A stretch of 64,000 nt of DNA. It comes from Selaginella moellendorffii (Eukaryota > Plantae > Lycopodiophyta). Made by a program: the position numbers and the translations under genes. The notes under the pieces were generated by a model. It had not been told where the DNA came from. It saw nothing but the letters and a program-made list of their open reading frames with translations, and made no database searches. The stretch lies in contig NW_003314270.1 of assembly GCF_000143415.4 (NCBI RefSeq), positions 330,411 to 394,410 on the forward strand. Reading direction: 5' to 3'. Positions 1 through 12,159 of this stretch are shown here, in pieces. Numbering within the stretch: position 1 is the first letter of the stretch; every line of letters begins with the position of its first letter.

Positions 1-3000
1 TGTGCAAGAGCTTTGAAAGACTCCGATGTTCTTTGATTAAGCTGACGACCGGATGTCGATCCCTGAAAAAAAGTAAAGTCAGGAAACCCGTGTAACTAGA
101 GTTGAAACCATCACCTCAGTTGATCAAGGGCTTGCTTATCCGTACTAGGATGTTGTTTTCCCTTTGCACAGCCAGGAGGCACAGGTAGCTTCAAGTGCCT
201 GTAGAGAAGGTCCGCAACGTCTGCCGGCAACGAAAGCGAGAAGTTCATTCCTGCCATGATTTGTGCCTTCGACTCGAGCTCTTTGAGTTTTGTCTCGAGA
301 AGATGGCGAGCGGTAAAGCAGGACTTCATATTCACACCAATGGGACACTTTTCCATGTCCGACAGCACTCTCACCTGAAAAAGATCTGTTAGAAGGAAGC
401 TTGGAATTCTCCGTAAGCTTACCATCGGCATCTCCAGCTGCATGAGTGGGTCATGGAGAGCTTCGGATAGCAATAATTTATACAGCACGGAATGCAGACC
501 GCGGATTTGAGCGGCACGACGACAACAGCCATTGTGTGCTTCGTTTTTCATCTGGTTGGTCCATCTTCCTGCTCGGCTTGCAGCGGCAGCTACTTCACCA
601 GGCAGACGCCTTTTCACTAGCTGTAAAACGAAACGGTGAGAACAGGCCCACACGAAAATAAGAATGCTAACCTGTTCTAGTGTCGAGGATGGATTGTTTT
701 CTTCATCTGGCCATAGTAACCAAGCAGCTATCCGGAAGTCAATATACGGCGCCTCCATTAGCAGTGGACTCAGAGGATTTAGTTTGCTTCCAGCCTGCTG
801 GAAGAATTGTATTTCACCTCGTTCTTGAGAAAAAGCTGGAGTATCGAGGGCCTTCATCTGTCTTTTCAAGTCCCAACAAAACTTGTGCACTCCCTTTCGA
901 GAGAAAACTCTTGAAATCCTCCTCCAACTTTCTTCGACGACCCGAACGTAATATACTGGAGACTCTTGCCAGCAGACAGCAAATCCAAATATTTTGGAGA
1001 ATGCACCTCGTTGGTCCTCAAAATGTAGATCGAAGAAGAAATCCTGAGACCCTTGCCAAGCCTGGAAAAAGGCTTCACGTGCAGTAGGTTCCAGTTTCTC
1101 GAAGTCTACAGGCCCGTTGTCTAAGACTTCACACTTTTGAATCTGTTGAACGGGCTGAGCGTTGATATCTTGTTTGATGAGGCTGCCTCCAAACGCATTG
1201 GAGCCATGGTTACCATTTTCTTGCATATTTACTGGTCGGTTTTCCTTGTCAGTGCTATGAACGTCGGCCTTGCCCTCGCCTTGCCTTGGAGATATGGCCA
1301 TCTCGTCCGTCTCAGCCTCAGGCCTCTGAACTCTAGCATATAAAGACTGCGACAGCGAATGCGGAATCGTTGCTCCAAGAGCTTGAAAGGCCGAGAAAGC
1401 AGCTATTCGCGCCTCTTCTGCTCGATCCAGGACAATTCTCCTTGCTCCGTTTTTTATTTTCTTTGCCGCTGCAGCATACATCCACTGCTGCTTACCAGCA
1501 TCTATTACAAAAAGCTTGTGAGTAAAAGCATCCGATATTTAAGATAAGCCAACCTGCATGTCCTTTGAATGAAGAATCGGACAGCGCGTTTGCAAGTTCA
1601 GGAATTGTAGCCTCAGCTACAGCTTCAACTGTTCGTAAGCCCGCTTTGTATAAAGCTCTAGCTCGTGCAGCCTGTGAAAACATAAAACAAAGGTAAAACA
1701 ATGTTAATTTCTATCGTTGAAACCATACCTTCACGAAGGGAATTTCTGTGAGCCCCACAATCTCCGCTCTCACGCCGAAAGAGACGCGATTCTGAAACTT
1801 CGATATTAATCCTTCCAAGTCATGCCATCCAAGTCTTTCACAAAACGTAGAGATCATAGCAGCAAATCGGCCAGAACTATCCTGAAGAGCTTGCACGGTG
1901 CCCCTCGGCACCTTGAACGTACTGCAGACGTCCATTAACGGCACTTCCTAGTGGCGAAACTTCAGTATTACGAAACAAAGGTCGACCATACATACCTGAA
2001 CAAGCTTGGACAATATAAGAGCCACAAAAAAGCGTCTGTACACACGCAAGTTTTGATCCGCCTCGCTAGCCTTCTCACTACCTTTTATACTCCTTTTACG
2101 GCCCTGCATCGGTGCTCCATGAGCCATGCGCATCAGGGATGCCTCGGTCACCCCAACTCTGCTAGCAACTGCCTGTAAAATGCGAAAGCATTACAGTGTA
2201 TATTTCTAGCTTTCGTCTATAAGAACCTGATCGACATGGGACAATTCGACAAATCTTTGATAGTAAACTCCCCAGTCCGGTTCAAGCTCCACGTGAATAG
2301 GAGTAACCTCGTAAACAAGGTGCAACTCTGACGCTAAAACAAAACTTTCACGGGCTTTAGCAAGATCCTCAAAGACAACCTGCATCCTCATAATTAAAAT
2401 TCGTCATTGCCAGAAAAAACGAGCGAGAACGTACCAAGCATTCCTCCGGGCTGAGCGAACTGCCAAACGCTGCTTTTCCTAATGGAGTTATTTTGTAGAT
2501 CTGTAACTCCTGATCCCACTCTATCAGTCGCTTGTGGCACAGCCATCTCAAAGAATCTTGAGCAGACTTCACGACGTCATCAAAAGGTTGTGTAGAGTTG
2601 AGAAGGGTACAGCGCACATAGCGGTTGACATCCTGTGCGCTTTGGACGATGCCACCAGCCACCACCTCCAAAAGAGCTCTCATCATTCCATTCTTTTCCT
2701 CGGCGAGACATGACTGCAACGGTTGACAACCTTCTTTCAGAATGGGAAGAATCCTACTGAGCTCCTCACTTTTACAGATTAATATCTGCAAAACCAACAG
2801 TCGGAAAATTTCAGAATACATAAACGGGAGAAGTCTTACACTCTCGCCATGCGTGTCTATCCCTGCTCTTCCTGCTCTCCCAGCCATTTGCCTGTATCTC
2901 GTCCCATCCAAAAAGTCCCGCCCAATTTTGGGAGTCCGAAAGATTACTCTTCGAGCTGGAAGATTCACACCAGCAGCAAGTGTCGAGGTCGCTGTTAATA

Positions 3001-5536
3001 CACGAACGATTCCTTGTCTGTAGCAAGTTTCTACAACTTCTCTTTCCTCGGCCTGTAAGATCAAAGTAGAATACAGAGGTTGAAAACTTCAGACAGAATT
3101 ACCGTGAGACCCGCGTGATGGTAGGCGACACCAGCCGGCAGGGTATCTCCCAGCACAGGGTCCAAACCCGCGGGGCACTTACGCAATGTTTCAGCTGCTT
3201 CGGATCCATCTCTGTAGGTTGCTGCATTCCCTTGAGAAGACACTGAAAACTTTGGCAAATATTTTGCAACATGACGGGCAGTAGTTTCGCAGGCATGACG
3301 ACTTGAACAAAACAAAAGCACAGAATGGCCTTTATTAACCACCTAGACAACAAAGAGCACAAACTGGAATCAGTAAGGCCTATGAAAGGGGTAAAACGCA
3401 GAAGTAACCTCATGGCACAGATGGACGATGTGATCTGGATCCTTGCCGCCAAGTTCAGAGCCTACTTTTAGAGCACGAACAGTATTCATACTAGTATCGT
3501 AAATGGTGTTCCCGACTTTAATGTGTTCGTCTAAAGGAACCGGGCGAAAGTTAGTCTCATAAAATGCAGCCTGCAAAATATCATCATGGTCTATAAGACT
3601 TGAATAAAAGATTGCAATACCTGAAGCCATGATGCAACGGCTGCTACATTAGGCATCGTTGCACTCATTCCTATAATTTGTAAGCTCGTTGGGCCGTCGG
3701 GGCTGCTGTTTTCACAGTCACCTTTACCGACCGCATATCGTAGCTTGGTCAACAACAGTTCTAGCAAATAACCTCTTTCTTTATCTCCAACCTGCACCAG
3801 ACTGTTATAAGAAAGATATTGGGATGTCAGCATACATACCATATGAAGCTCATCTATAACTACAACTGCTAGTTCGGACAGCCGCCCATCCTCTACCAAC
3901 TTATTGATGAGTGAGTTCGCTTTTTCGATGGTACAAACCGCAAGTGAAGTATCTGGAGGTAGCGTTTTACTCCCGTGAGTCCCAAAATATCCACGGACAC
4001 GCTTGCCAACATGTTCCAGTACCGCCTCTAAATGCTCTGTCTAGCAAAGCAAAAACCAGTTGACGTTTTGACAAAAGAAAACCAAGCGTACCTTCTCAGA
4101 ACACAACGCGACATATGGTAAAACCAGCATTGCCATTTTCCCTGTCGCCAGCACTCTTTTTAACATCAAGATTTCTGCAACAAGACTCTTTCCTGCACTG
4201 TCAAAAGTTTTCAGGATTACCATAAAAGAAAACTAAATAAGAAATCTCAAGTACCTTGTCGAGGCACAGTAAACAAGACTTTTACCATCCAAAACTCCAT
4301 CAAGGCGTAGACAATCAACCTGTAGTTTCTTGTAAGTAGGCAGTAAAATCACAAACAGTTAGCATACCTGCCATTGATACAGTCTTCTAACCCCCTTCCG
4401 AAAGTATCCTTCACATAATTCAGCCGGAAGCCAATCGGATAACTTCTCACCGGAGACTGAGGACGATGGATCGTTCACGATTGCCTTTCCTTCTTCAGTG
4501 GGAGCTGCAGCAGCTTCTTTGCCAACGTTGTCATGACTCGCAAAGTCGAAGCACACGACCGGTAGCGGAGAGTTCAATAAATTAGGACCGTCGGGGTTGA
4601 TACGCGACTTCACTTCCGAGCAGTCACCTTTCTTGCTCCCAAGGACGCGTATTGCCTCGTCCCAGAAGCTATCTCCTGGTGATACATACTTGTTGTCGAG
4701 TAGCCAGTTCGGAGTCAGCTTGGGCTCGCCACCATTTCCAGCACTTGCATGAGGAGTGCATGGTGGCTTCTTCGCACTGTGCTGAAAGGCCGGTAATTGT
4801 CTGTCAGCCATTTCAACCATTTCAGCCGCTCGTTCCACTTCGTTGCACTGAGAGGAATCGCCAGGTCGCTTCTCAAAGCTTTGCTTTGGAGAGACGTCCA
4901 TCTTCTCGCTCTTCTCTTGCAAAACATCTCTAGAGGTAGCTGCTACCTTTTTTGTCGGGGAAACACCACTGAAACCAAACAGACGCATCAGCAGAAAGGA
5001 ATGAAAGAAAAAAGATCATCGTCACTTACTGGAGACAGATCGCCAGGAACTCGTTCGCTATTTCTTCTCGTTTGCTTTCCTGTCCCTCCAACAATGCACT
5101 GAAAGCAGTGAGCTTATCTTCTGGCTGATTGTCGGGCTTGTGATTTTCCTCTTGCTTAATCTTCTTCTCCCGCTGTTCCTCGTTTTCCTGCCCGTGAATC
5201 GACGTAGAACACCTCTTAAGAGCGATGCGATCCTCAATCCGGTTGCAAAGACTCGTCCTCACGGAAGAATTCGCCTCCACGACGCTGCGCTTCTCCCGAG
5301 TAGCCTCGGCCACTGACACTGGACTCTTGTTACTCACAATGAACCCGTCCAGGCTGCATTTCCTGTGCGGCGACGAGTCGTCCAAACTCGCCCTCCTCGC
5401 GACCGGAGAGACCGATTTCGCCGATAGCTTCTGCTTCTTCTTCGATTGGACCTGGAAGAACGCGCGCCTCGATCAGAGCTGCGCAATCCAGCGATCGATG
5501 GGTCGAACTCACCTGGTCGAGCCGCGCCTTGTCCAT
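1..5536 (-). CDS. TEB: Helicase- and polymerase-containing protein TEBICHI / DNA polymerase theta (POLQ); multi-exon, 3' end runs off the window
   Basis: Exon ORFs give SF2 Ski2-like helicase motifs ([56 protein letters not shown]). The start of the Pol-A region follows ([11 protein letters not shown]...HPSTDKQAL). First exon MDKARLDQ (5536-5513) ends at a GT donor and resembles the plant TEB N-terminus. Confidence 0.95.
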
Positions 5537-5643
5537 TAAGCCATGGAAGAATCCCTCGCCCTAGCCCTAGATCCGTTGGAAGCATAAAAAATATGCTTAG
5601 TTTCAAATTTAAAAACTGGCGCGTTAACGTTAGCGCCCGATTT

Positions 5644-7878
5644 CTACCAGTGATCGTTACAAGAGCACGCTCCATCTTTGTAAGAATGGAAGCGGCTCGC
5701 GTCCCTGCAAATTATCGCCCGCTGCTCGATCTTGGAGATCAATCCAATAGCCCTGTGGCAATCGTCGCAAACTCTCAGATTCTTGGTCACTCTGATCGTC
5801 GCGCCTGGGGCCGTGTTGATGAGCGCGCAAGCGATCGCTAGCCTCTCGCTGTGCCCGCACAAAGCGTCCTCTTTCTCCTCGCTTGAAATCCTGCTGCTGG
5901 CGTTGTTCAAGCTTCCAAAGTCTGGAACGTAGCCTTGGTCCTTCATTCTCAGCACAAGGCTGCTCAGCTTCGCCTGGATGTCGTCCCTCTGCGGATGATT
6001 CTTCTCTCCAGCAGCTAAAAAGGAGTGAACTCTTCCCGCTGGATCGACCCACCAGCTCTGTGCCGGCTCAAACTTCTTCCACGCTCGAGCTCTCGTTCTC
6101 ATTCCCTCGACTCGGCTCTGCTCCTCCCACATTCCCTGGCTGCCGTAGATGCTTCCCATCAGCATATAGGCCGAGACGTCGCCCTCTTCCAGCTTAACCA
6201 GAGCCTCAAACGCGAGCTTTCCTTTCTCCAAGTTTTTCCACTTCCGGCAAGAGCTTAAAACCGTCCTCCATGTCACAGAGTCCGCTTCGAAAGGCATCGT
6301 TTTCACCATTGCCACTGCCGCGTCTAGTTCGTTTGCTCTGGCCAAGATATCCACCATGCAGGTGTAGTGCTGGATCCCGGGAGTTAAACCATAGTCGGTG
6401 CTCATCATCTCGAAGTACCGTTTTCCCTGCTTAACCAGTCCCGCGTAGCTACAGGCCGTGAGAACGGATACGAAAGTGACCGCATTTGGTTGCAAACCTT
6501 CGTCTCGCATCTTCTTGAAAAAAACGAAGGCGTTCTCTGCGTCCCCTTGCGAAGTGTATCCAGATATGATCGAAGTCCAGGCGATGGAGTTTGCTTTGCA
6601 GAGTGTGTCAAAGAAGAGCTGAGCGTCATCGACCCTCCCGCATTTGCCATATGCATCAACGATACAGTTAGCTAGAACAGCATAGCTTTCGAAACCAAAC
6701 CTGTAGATATCCGCGAGGACTGCTTTGACGTACTCGACAGCCACCACGCAGCTACAGGCCTTCAGAGCGGCGAGGAAGGTCCAAGCATTCGGTGTACAGC
6801 CCCGACATTGCATGTCCTCGAAGAGATCCAAGGCCACCTTGCCTTCACCATTTTCAGCGTAGCCCAGCACCAGCGCCGTCCAGGACACCACATCGTGCAG
6901 TGGCATCTTGTCAAAAACTCTGCGAGCGTCTGCCGAGCTCCCACACTTGACGTAGAAATCCACCAGCGTGTTTGCGACGAAGTACTCCAACTCGAGACCA
7001 CCTTTAGCAGCTTCGGCGTGTATAACCATTCCTCTCTCCAGTGAGCGAACTTTTACTTCACGTTTGCCCGAAAGTCGCACAGCCTCCTCTTTTGATGCCA
7101 GACTTGTGCAAGCCTTCACTGCAGCAACGTAGCTCCGAGCGTTTGGCTGACAGCCCCGAGCTTTCATCTCCTGGAATAACTCTAGAGCCGACTCTGGTTC
7201 ACCATTGTCACCGTGTCCCACCATGACTGAATTCCAAGTAACGACGTCCCGCTGCTTCATACCGTCAAAAACTCTCCGGGCTTCTTTCAAGCTCCCACAT
7301 TTCGCGAAAAGATCCACTGCCGCATTTGGAACAAAAATGTCGGAGTCGCAGCCGATCTCCACAGCTTGGTCGTAAATCGTGAGACCCTTCTGCAAAGATC
7401 CGATTTTTAGAGCTTTTCCACCCAGCTCCTGACCCTGTTCTTGGCTTGCGAGAGCGCTGCAAGCTTTCAGAGCCGCAACAAAAGTCCTGGCATTTGGAAC
7501 GAAGCCTTTCCTTTGCATCAGTCCAAAAGAATCCAGAGCCATACCTCCATGCCCGTTGTTTGCATAGCCGAATATCAGCGAATTCCAGGAGACCACGTCT
7601 GGACGAGCCATTCTATCAAAGACCCTTTGGGCATCCACCATGCTCCCGTGCTTGGCGTACATCGAAACCAAGCTCCCGGCAACGTAAACATTCGTGTCCA
7701 GCCCTCTTCCAGCAGCATCTCTGTGAATCCTCCTCCCTATGTCCAAATCTTTGCACGATTTCAGTGCTGCCACAACCCGCGATACCTCGGATTGCCCTGC
7801 CGGAGGCGAAATGGAAAATCTCCTCACCAGAACGAAGACAATCCATCCAACACGCGCATTGGATCTCGATCGAAGCAT
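5644..7878 (-). CDS. PLS-class PPR protein with E and DYW cytidine-deaminase domain (organellar C-to-U editing factor), ending DHW
   Basis: 744-aa intronless ORF with P-L-S triplets (VVSWNSLI..YA, FVAALKAC), zinc motifs HSERLA and CDDCH, and C-terminal CSCNDHW. Confidence 0.93.
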   Translation of the reverse strand: MLRSRSNARVGWIVFVLVRRFSISPPAGQSEVSRVVAALKSCKDLDIGRRIHRDAAGRGLDTNVYVAGSLVSMYAKHGSMVDAQRVFDRMARPDVVSWNSLIFGYANNGHGGMALDSFGLMQRKGFVPNARTFVAALKACSALASQEQGQELGGKALKIGSLQKGLTIYDQAVEIGCDSDIFVPNAAVDLFAKCGSLKEARRVFDGMKQRDVVTWNSVMVGHGDNGEPESALELFQEMKARGCQPNARSYVAAVKACTSLASKEEAVRLSGKREVKVRSLERGMVIHAEAAKGGLELEYFVANTLVDFYVKCGSSADARRVFDKMPLHDVVSWTALVLGYAENGEGKVALDLFEDMQCRGCTPNAWTFLAALKACSCVVAVEYVKAVLADIYRFGFESYAVLANCIVDAYGKCGRVDDAQLFFDTLCKANSIAWTSIISGYTSQGDAENAFVFFKKMRDEGLQPNAVTFVSVLTACSYAGLVKQGKRYFEMMSTDYGLTPGIQHYTCMVDILARANELDAAVAMVKTMPFEADSVTWRTVLSSCRKWKNLEKGKLAFEALVKLEEGDVSAYMLMGSIYGSQGMWEEQSRVEGMRTRARAWKKFEPAQSWWVDPAGRVHSFLAAGEKNHPQRDDIQAKLSSLVLRMKDQGYVPDFGSLNNASSRISSEEKEDALCGHSERLAIACALINTAPGATIRVTKNLRVCDDCHRAIGLISKIEQRAIICRDASRFHSYKDGACSCNDHW

Positions 7879-7917
7879 CGATATTTATCGGTTGCTTACA
7901 TTTTCGCAGCTCCAACA

Positions 7918-7980
7918 AAACCCTAGAAATATTTCATTCCCTCGCTAGGGTTTAAGCCAAGGATATTCTGCCACGTGGCA
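7918..7980. promoter_or_regulatory. Divergent promoter elements: inverted telo-box pair and palindromic G-box
   Basis: AAACCCTAG at 7918-7926, CTAGGGTTT at 7945-7953 and TGCCACGTGGCA at 7969-7980, in the ~400-bp gap between the divergent PPR-DYW and AMPD genes. Another CTAGGGTTT lies at 8262-8270. Confidence 0.45.
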
Positions 7981-8285
7981 GATAGGGGACCGTCGGATCT
8001 CGATCGCGGCCGTACAAGTGTGCCCCATTTGCTGGCATATCGTTTTCGAAATTCGTCGCATATCTTTGAGAGACTCTCATGTTGGTTCTTCGCCTTTGCA
8101 TAATTGACAAAGGTACACACTACGCACACACCACTTGCGAGTAAAAAAGGTTTACCTGCAGTGGTAGTAGCTAAAATGATAGACACTCTCTTTAAATATG
8201 CTGCTGCCTAGCTCTCTTTTTGTGTCACAGAGGAAGAGTAGTGTTTTGGATTTTACAAGCCCTAGGGTTTGGAAGGAGCTCCGCC

Positions 8286-11200
8286 ATGGAATCCTCGGCG
8301 GACAGCAGCAAAATCCCGTCGCTCGTCTCCCTGACGGCCGCAGCGATCGTCGGCGCGAGCTTCATGGCGATATCGGCCTACTGGATGCATCAGAGATCCA
8401 TGGAGCGGCTGCTGGAGCGCGGATTGGAGCGCCGGAAGCTTGGCAAGGAGGATAAGGTGAGGCGCTCGCAGTGTAGGCGATCCAAGACGGTGGTGGAGGC
8501 CAAGAGCTACGAAATTTTGGCTGTGGAGACGGGGATCGTGGCCAACGGGCTCACGAATCACTCCGATTCGAAGCTCGTCTCCTCCACCTCCCCGTCCGTG
8601 TCCGATCACGATGAGAAGATCGAAAAGGCTGCATTTGACCACAGTGCTTGCGCGATCCCTCCTGGATTGCCCAAAGTCAAGACCAAACGTGAAGGTCAGT
8701 GCTTTCCTTTCCTGTTACTGCAAATCGATCAAGTCTTTTTCTTGCTAGGCTCTTGCCAGTCTCTTCACTCTGCTAGAAGAGCTACTCCTTTGGGGAATTC
8801 CGTGATGCGCTCCTCTCCTACGGCAAGTAATGGTGCTTTTGGAAGTATGGAAGAATCAGACAATGAGAGTGATCTTGGCGAGGATGAAGTTGCTGTGGAT
8901 GGTGTGACTCCCGAGCTATCGTCTCCGAGAGATAATGCCGTAAGTTTCCTTTTTTACTCCGTCAATGTTTTTTCTTTCTTTTTGCTTGCTTTCTACCAGT
9001 GATGATTTCTATGCTGTTGTAATCAGGTTGAGCCTCCCGCGGGCGCAGTTGTGAGCGACACTTCGGAGCAGCAGAAGGCCATGAATCGATCGATCAGTAT
9101 CCCGGGAGAGATGCATCACGCACCGGATCCTGTTGCTGCCGACATCCTCCGAAAGGAGCCAGAACAAGAGACTTTTGTTCGCCTCAATGTGGCTCCAATC
9201 GGTTTGTTTTCGAAGGTTGATGCGAGCGTTTTTAACACTTGGTCGTTATTCTAGACGCTCCTTCGGACGAGGAAGAAGAGGTTTGCTTGATGATGCAAGA
9301 GTGCCTAGAAATGCGAGACAAGTACGTGTTTCGGGAAATGGTGCCTCCCTGGAAGAAGGGGATCTTTGACTCGTCAACACCCAAAGCAAACCCGGATCCA
9401 TTTCGATACGAGCCTCAAGCTCCCAGCAAGGTTCGAAACACGATATTTTGCGTACTGTATTTGATTTTGTTTTTATTATATAGCACGTTTATCGCATGGA
9501 AAACGGAGTCGTCCATGTCTATACGGATGCTGATGGTACTTATTTTCTTACCAACTTTTCCTTGCAACTAAGGTTTTAATAACTGTGTAATCAGCCAAAG
9601 AGGAACTCTTCCCGGTTGCTGATGCTACAACCTTTTTTACTGACATGCATAGGATACTTCGAATCGTCTCACTCGGCAATGTTCGAACTCTCTGCCACCA
9701 CAGGCTTCGTCTCCTAGAGCAGGTATGTTGTATAAAAGTGCTTTGGTATTATGGTTAAGTTTATTCGGTTCCCGGGATGCAGAAATTTAGTCTGCACTTG
9801 ATGCTTAATGCAGATCGGGAATTCTTGGCTCAAAAGAGTGCACCACATCGTGACTTTTACAACGTTCGTAAGGTTGACACTCACGTTCATCACTCGTCGT
9901 GTATGAATCAGAAGCATCTCCTGCGTTTTATCAAGTCGAAGTTGAGAAAAGAACCTGATGAGGTGAGATTGTTATTTTCTTTTGACTTGCTAACGCCGTT
10001 TTTTGTGGACAGGTCGTTATTTTTCGTGATGGGAAGTATCTTACGTTGAAGGAAGTTTTTGAAAGTCTAGACTTGACAGGGTAATCTGCAAGTTTTCCAC
10101 TCCGATTTTCTAACTCTCGTTTTCTCAGTTATGACCTCAATGTGGATCTTCTAGATGTACATGCGGACAAAAATACTTTCCATAGATTCGATAAATTTAA
10201 CTTAAAATACAATCCTTGTGGGCAAAGTAGGCTCCGAGAAATATTCTTGAAGCAGGACAATCTGATTCAAGGTATGTTAATTTCTCCGCCTATTCTTTCT
10301 TCTTTTTTTCCATCATTACGCTTGCTGGTTTACAGGACGTTTTTTGGCCGAGTTGACGAAGGAAGTCTTCTCCGATCTTGCTGGCAGCAAATATCAGGTT
10401 TTTATTCGCTTACCTTCATGTGTCAATCTGAGCTTGTGTACAAATGCAGATGGCAGAATATAGGATCTCTGTTTATGGCAGAAAACAAAGCGAGTGGGAT
10501 CAATTAGCAAGCTGGATTGTGAACAACGATTTGTATAGTGAGAACGTCGTCTGGCTAATCCAGGTTTGCGAATTATTCACTCGTTTGTCTTCTACATGCT
10601 TTGCGTTCATGCAGCTTCCGCGCTTGTACAATGTTTACTATGATATGGGCATTGTTACCTCTTTTCAGTCAATTCTTGACAACGTTTTTATACCGTTGTT
10701 CGAGGTCACTGTGAATCCCGATTCACATCCTCAACTCCATGTGTTTCTTAAGCAGGTATTACTTTGTGTTCATCTCGAACTAGAGCTTAATCACTGAACT
10801 TTATGCAGGTTGTCGGTTTTGACATGGTGGACGATGAAAGCAAACCCGAAAGACGGCCAACTAAGCATATGCAGACTCCCGAACAGTGGCAAATTTCTTT
10901 CAATCCAGCATACTCGTACTGGGCATATTACGTGTATGCCAATCTCTACACACTTAACAAGGTAAGCTTTTCTTAGTTTTCTCTTCAATACGTTCGAACT
11001 GTGTTATTGTAGCTACGAGAGTCGAAAGGAATGTCTACGATCAAATTTCGTCCTCACGCTGGCGAGGTATGTTCTGATGAGACTAGGCTCGCTATGCTAC
11101 TCTTACCTTGCCTACCCAGGCTGGAGATGTTGACCACCTTGCCGCAGCTTTTCTCTTGACCCATAATATCGCCCATGGAAATAATCTCCGGAAGTCGCCG

Positions 11201-11868
11201 GGTCTACAATATTTATTTTACCTCGCTCAGGTTTGTCTTGGTATCTTTGTGGTTGGTGACTGAGTCCTGTTTCAGATCGGCTTGAGCATGTCCCCTCTGA
11301 GTAACAACTCTCTTTTTCTGGATTATCATCGAAATCCGTTTCCAATGTTTTTTGCTCGCGGGCTGAATGTTTCACTGTCGACGGATGACCCTCTACAGAT
11401 ACATCTTACTAAGGAACCTTTGGTTGAAGAATACAGTATTGCGGCTCAGGTTTTATTGGTTTTTGTTCTTTTGATTGTAATAACTCAGCTAACCAGTACC
11501 ATCTCGCAGGTTTGGAAGCTTAGCTCTTGTGATATATGTGAGATAGCTCGGAATTCGGTTAACCAGTCTGGCTTTGATCATGGAGTGAAGGTGTACTTTT
11601 TGTTGCTATTATTGTTGCCTTGTGCCTTGACTTGTCCGAGTTAACTGCAGTGTCACTGGCTTGGGAACAACTGTCACCTTCGAGGACCTGCGGGGAATGA
11701 CATTCATAAGTCAAATGTTCCTCATATGCGAATCGAATTTCGGCATGAGGTATGGAGCTGCAGAGGCTTGTGTTGTGGCAACGTCTTTCTTTCCTGCAGG
11801 TTTGGAAAGAGGAATTGAATTATGTCTTCCTTGGACAAACCAAAATTCCAAACTACGTGGATATTTGA
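8286..11868 (+). CDS. AMPD: AMP deaminase (FAC1/AMPD), multi-exon
   Basis: N-terminal TM anchor ([18 protein letters not shown]). Motifs [47 protein letters not shown] and SLSTDDPLQ. Last exon [22 protein letters not shown] ends at 11868. Confidence 0.96.
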
Positions 11869-12159
11869 ACGAGGATAGCAGGTTTGGCTTTGCCAAGGAT
11901 ATCTTTAATCATTTCGGACATGAGGCCTTCCCCTGAGAGTGGTTATTGTACAGGCGTATAACTAGGACAGGAAGAGAGAGCCTTCTGGGCCTATACAACG
12001 CAAATCTTCCTTTTTTTTAAATTTATACTTTACTCTTTTCAGGTCAAGTTATCCGTGCTTTGCTTACATGATGAGCGTTTATGCGGTGACAGGTTTCCTG
12101 ACCTTTTCAACCGATCAGCTCACTCTTAGCAGTTCTTGCAGAAGAGCCTACCTGGTCGG

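Noticed and set aside
1-11868. Functional link between the adjacent deaminases (DYW, AMPD) and Pol theta
   Set aside because: Unrelated folds, compartments and pathways. Adjacency is expected in a compact genome.
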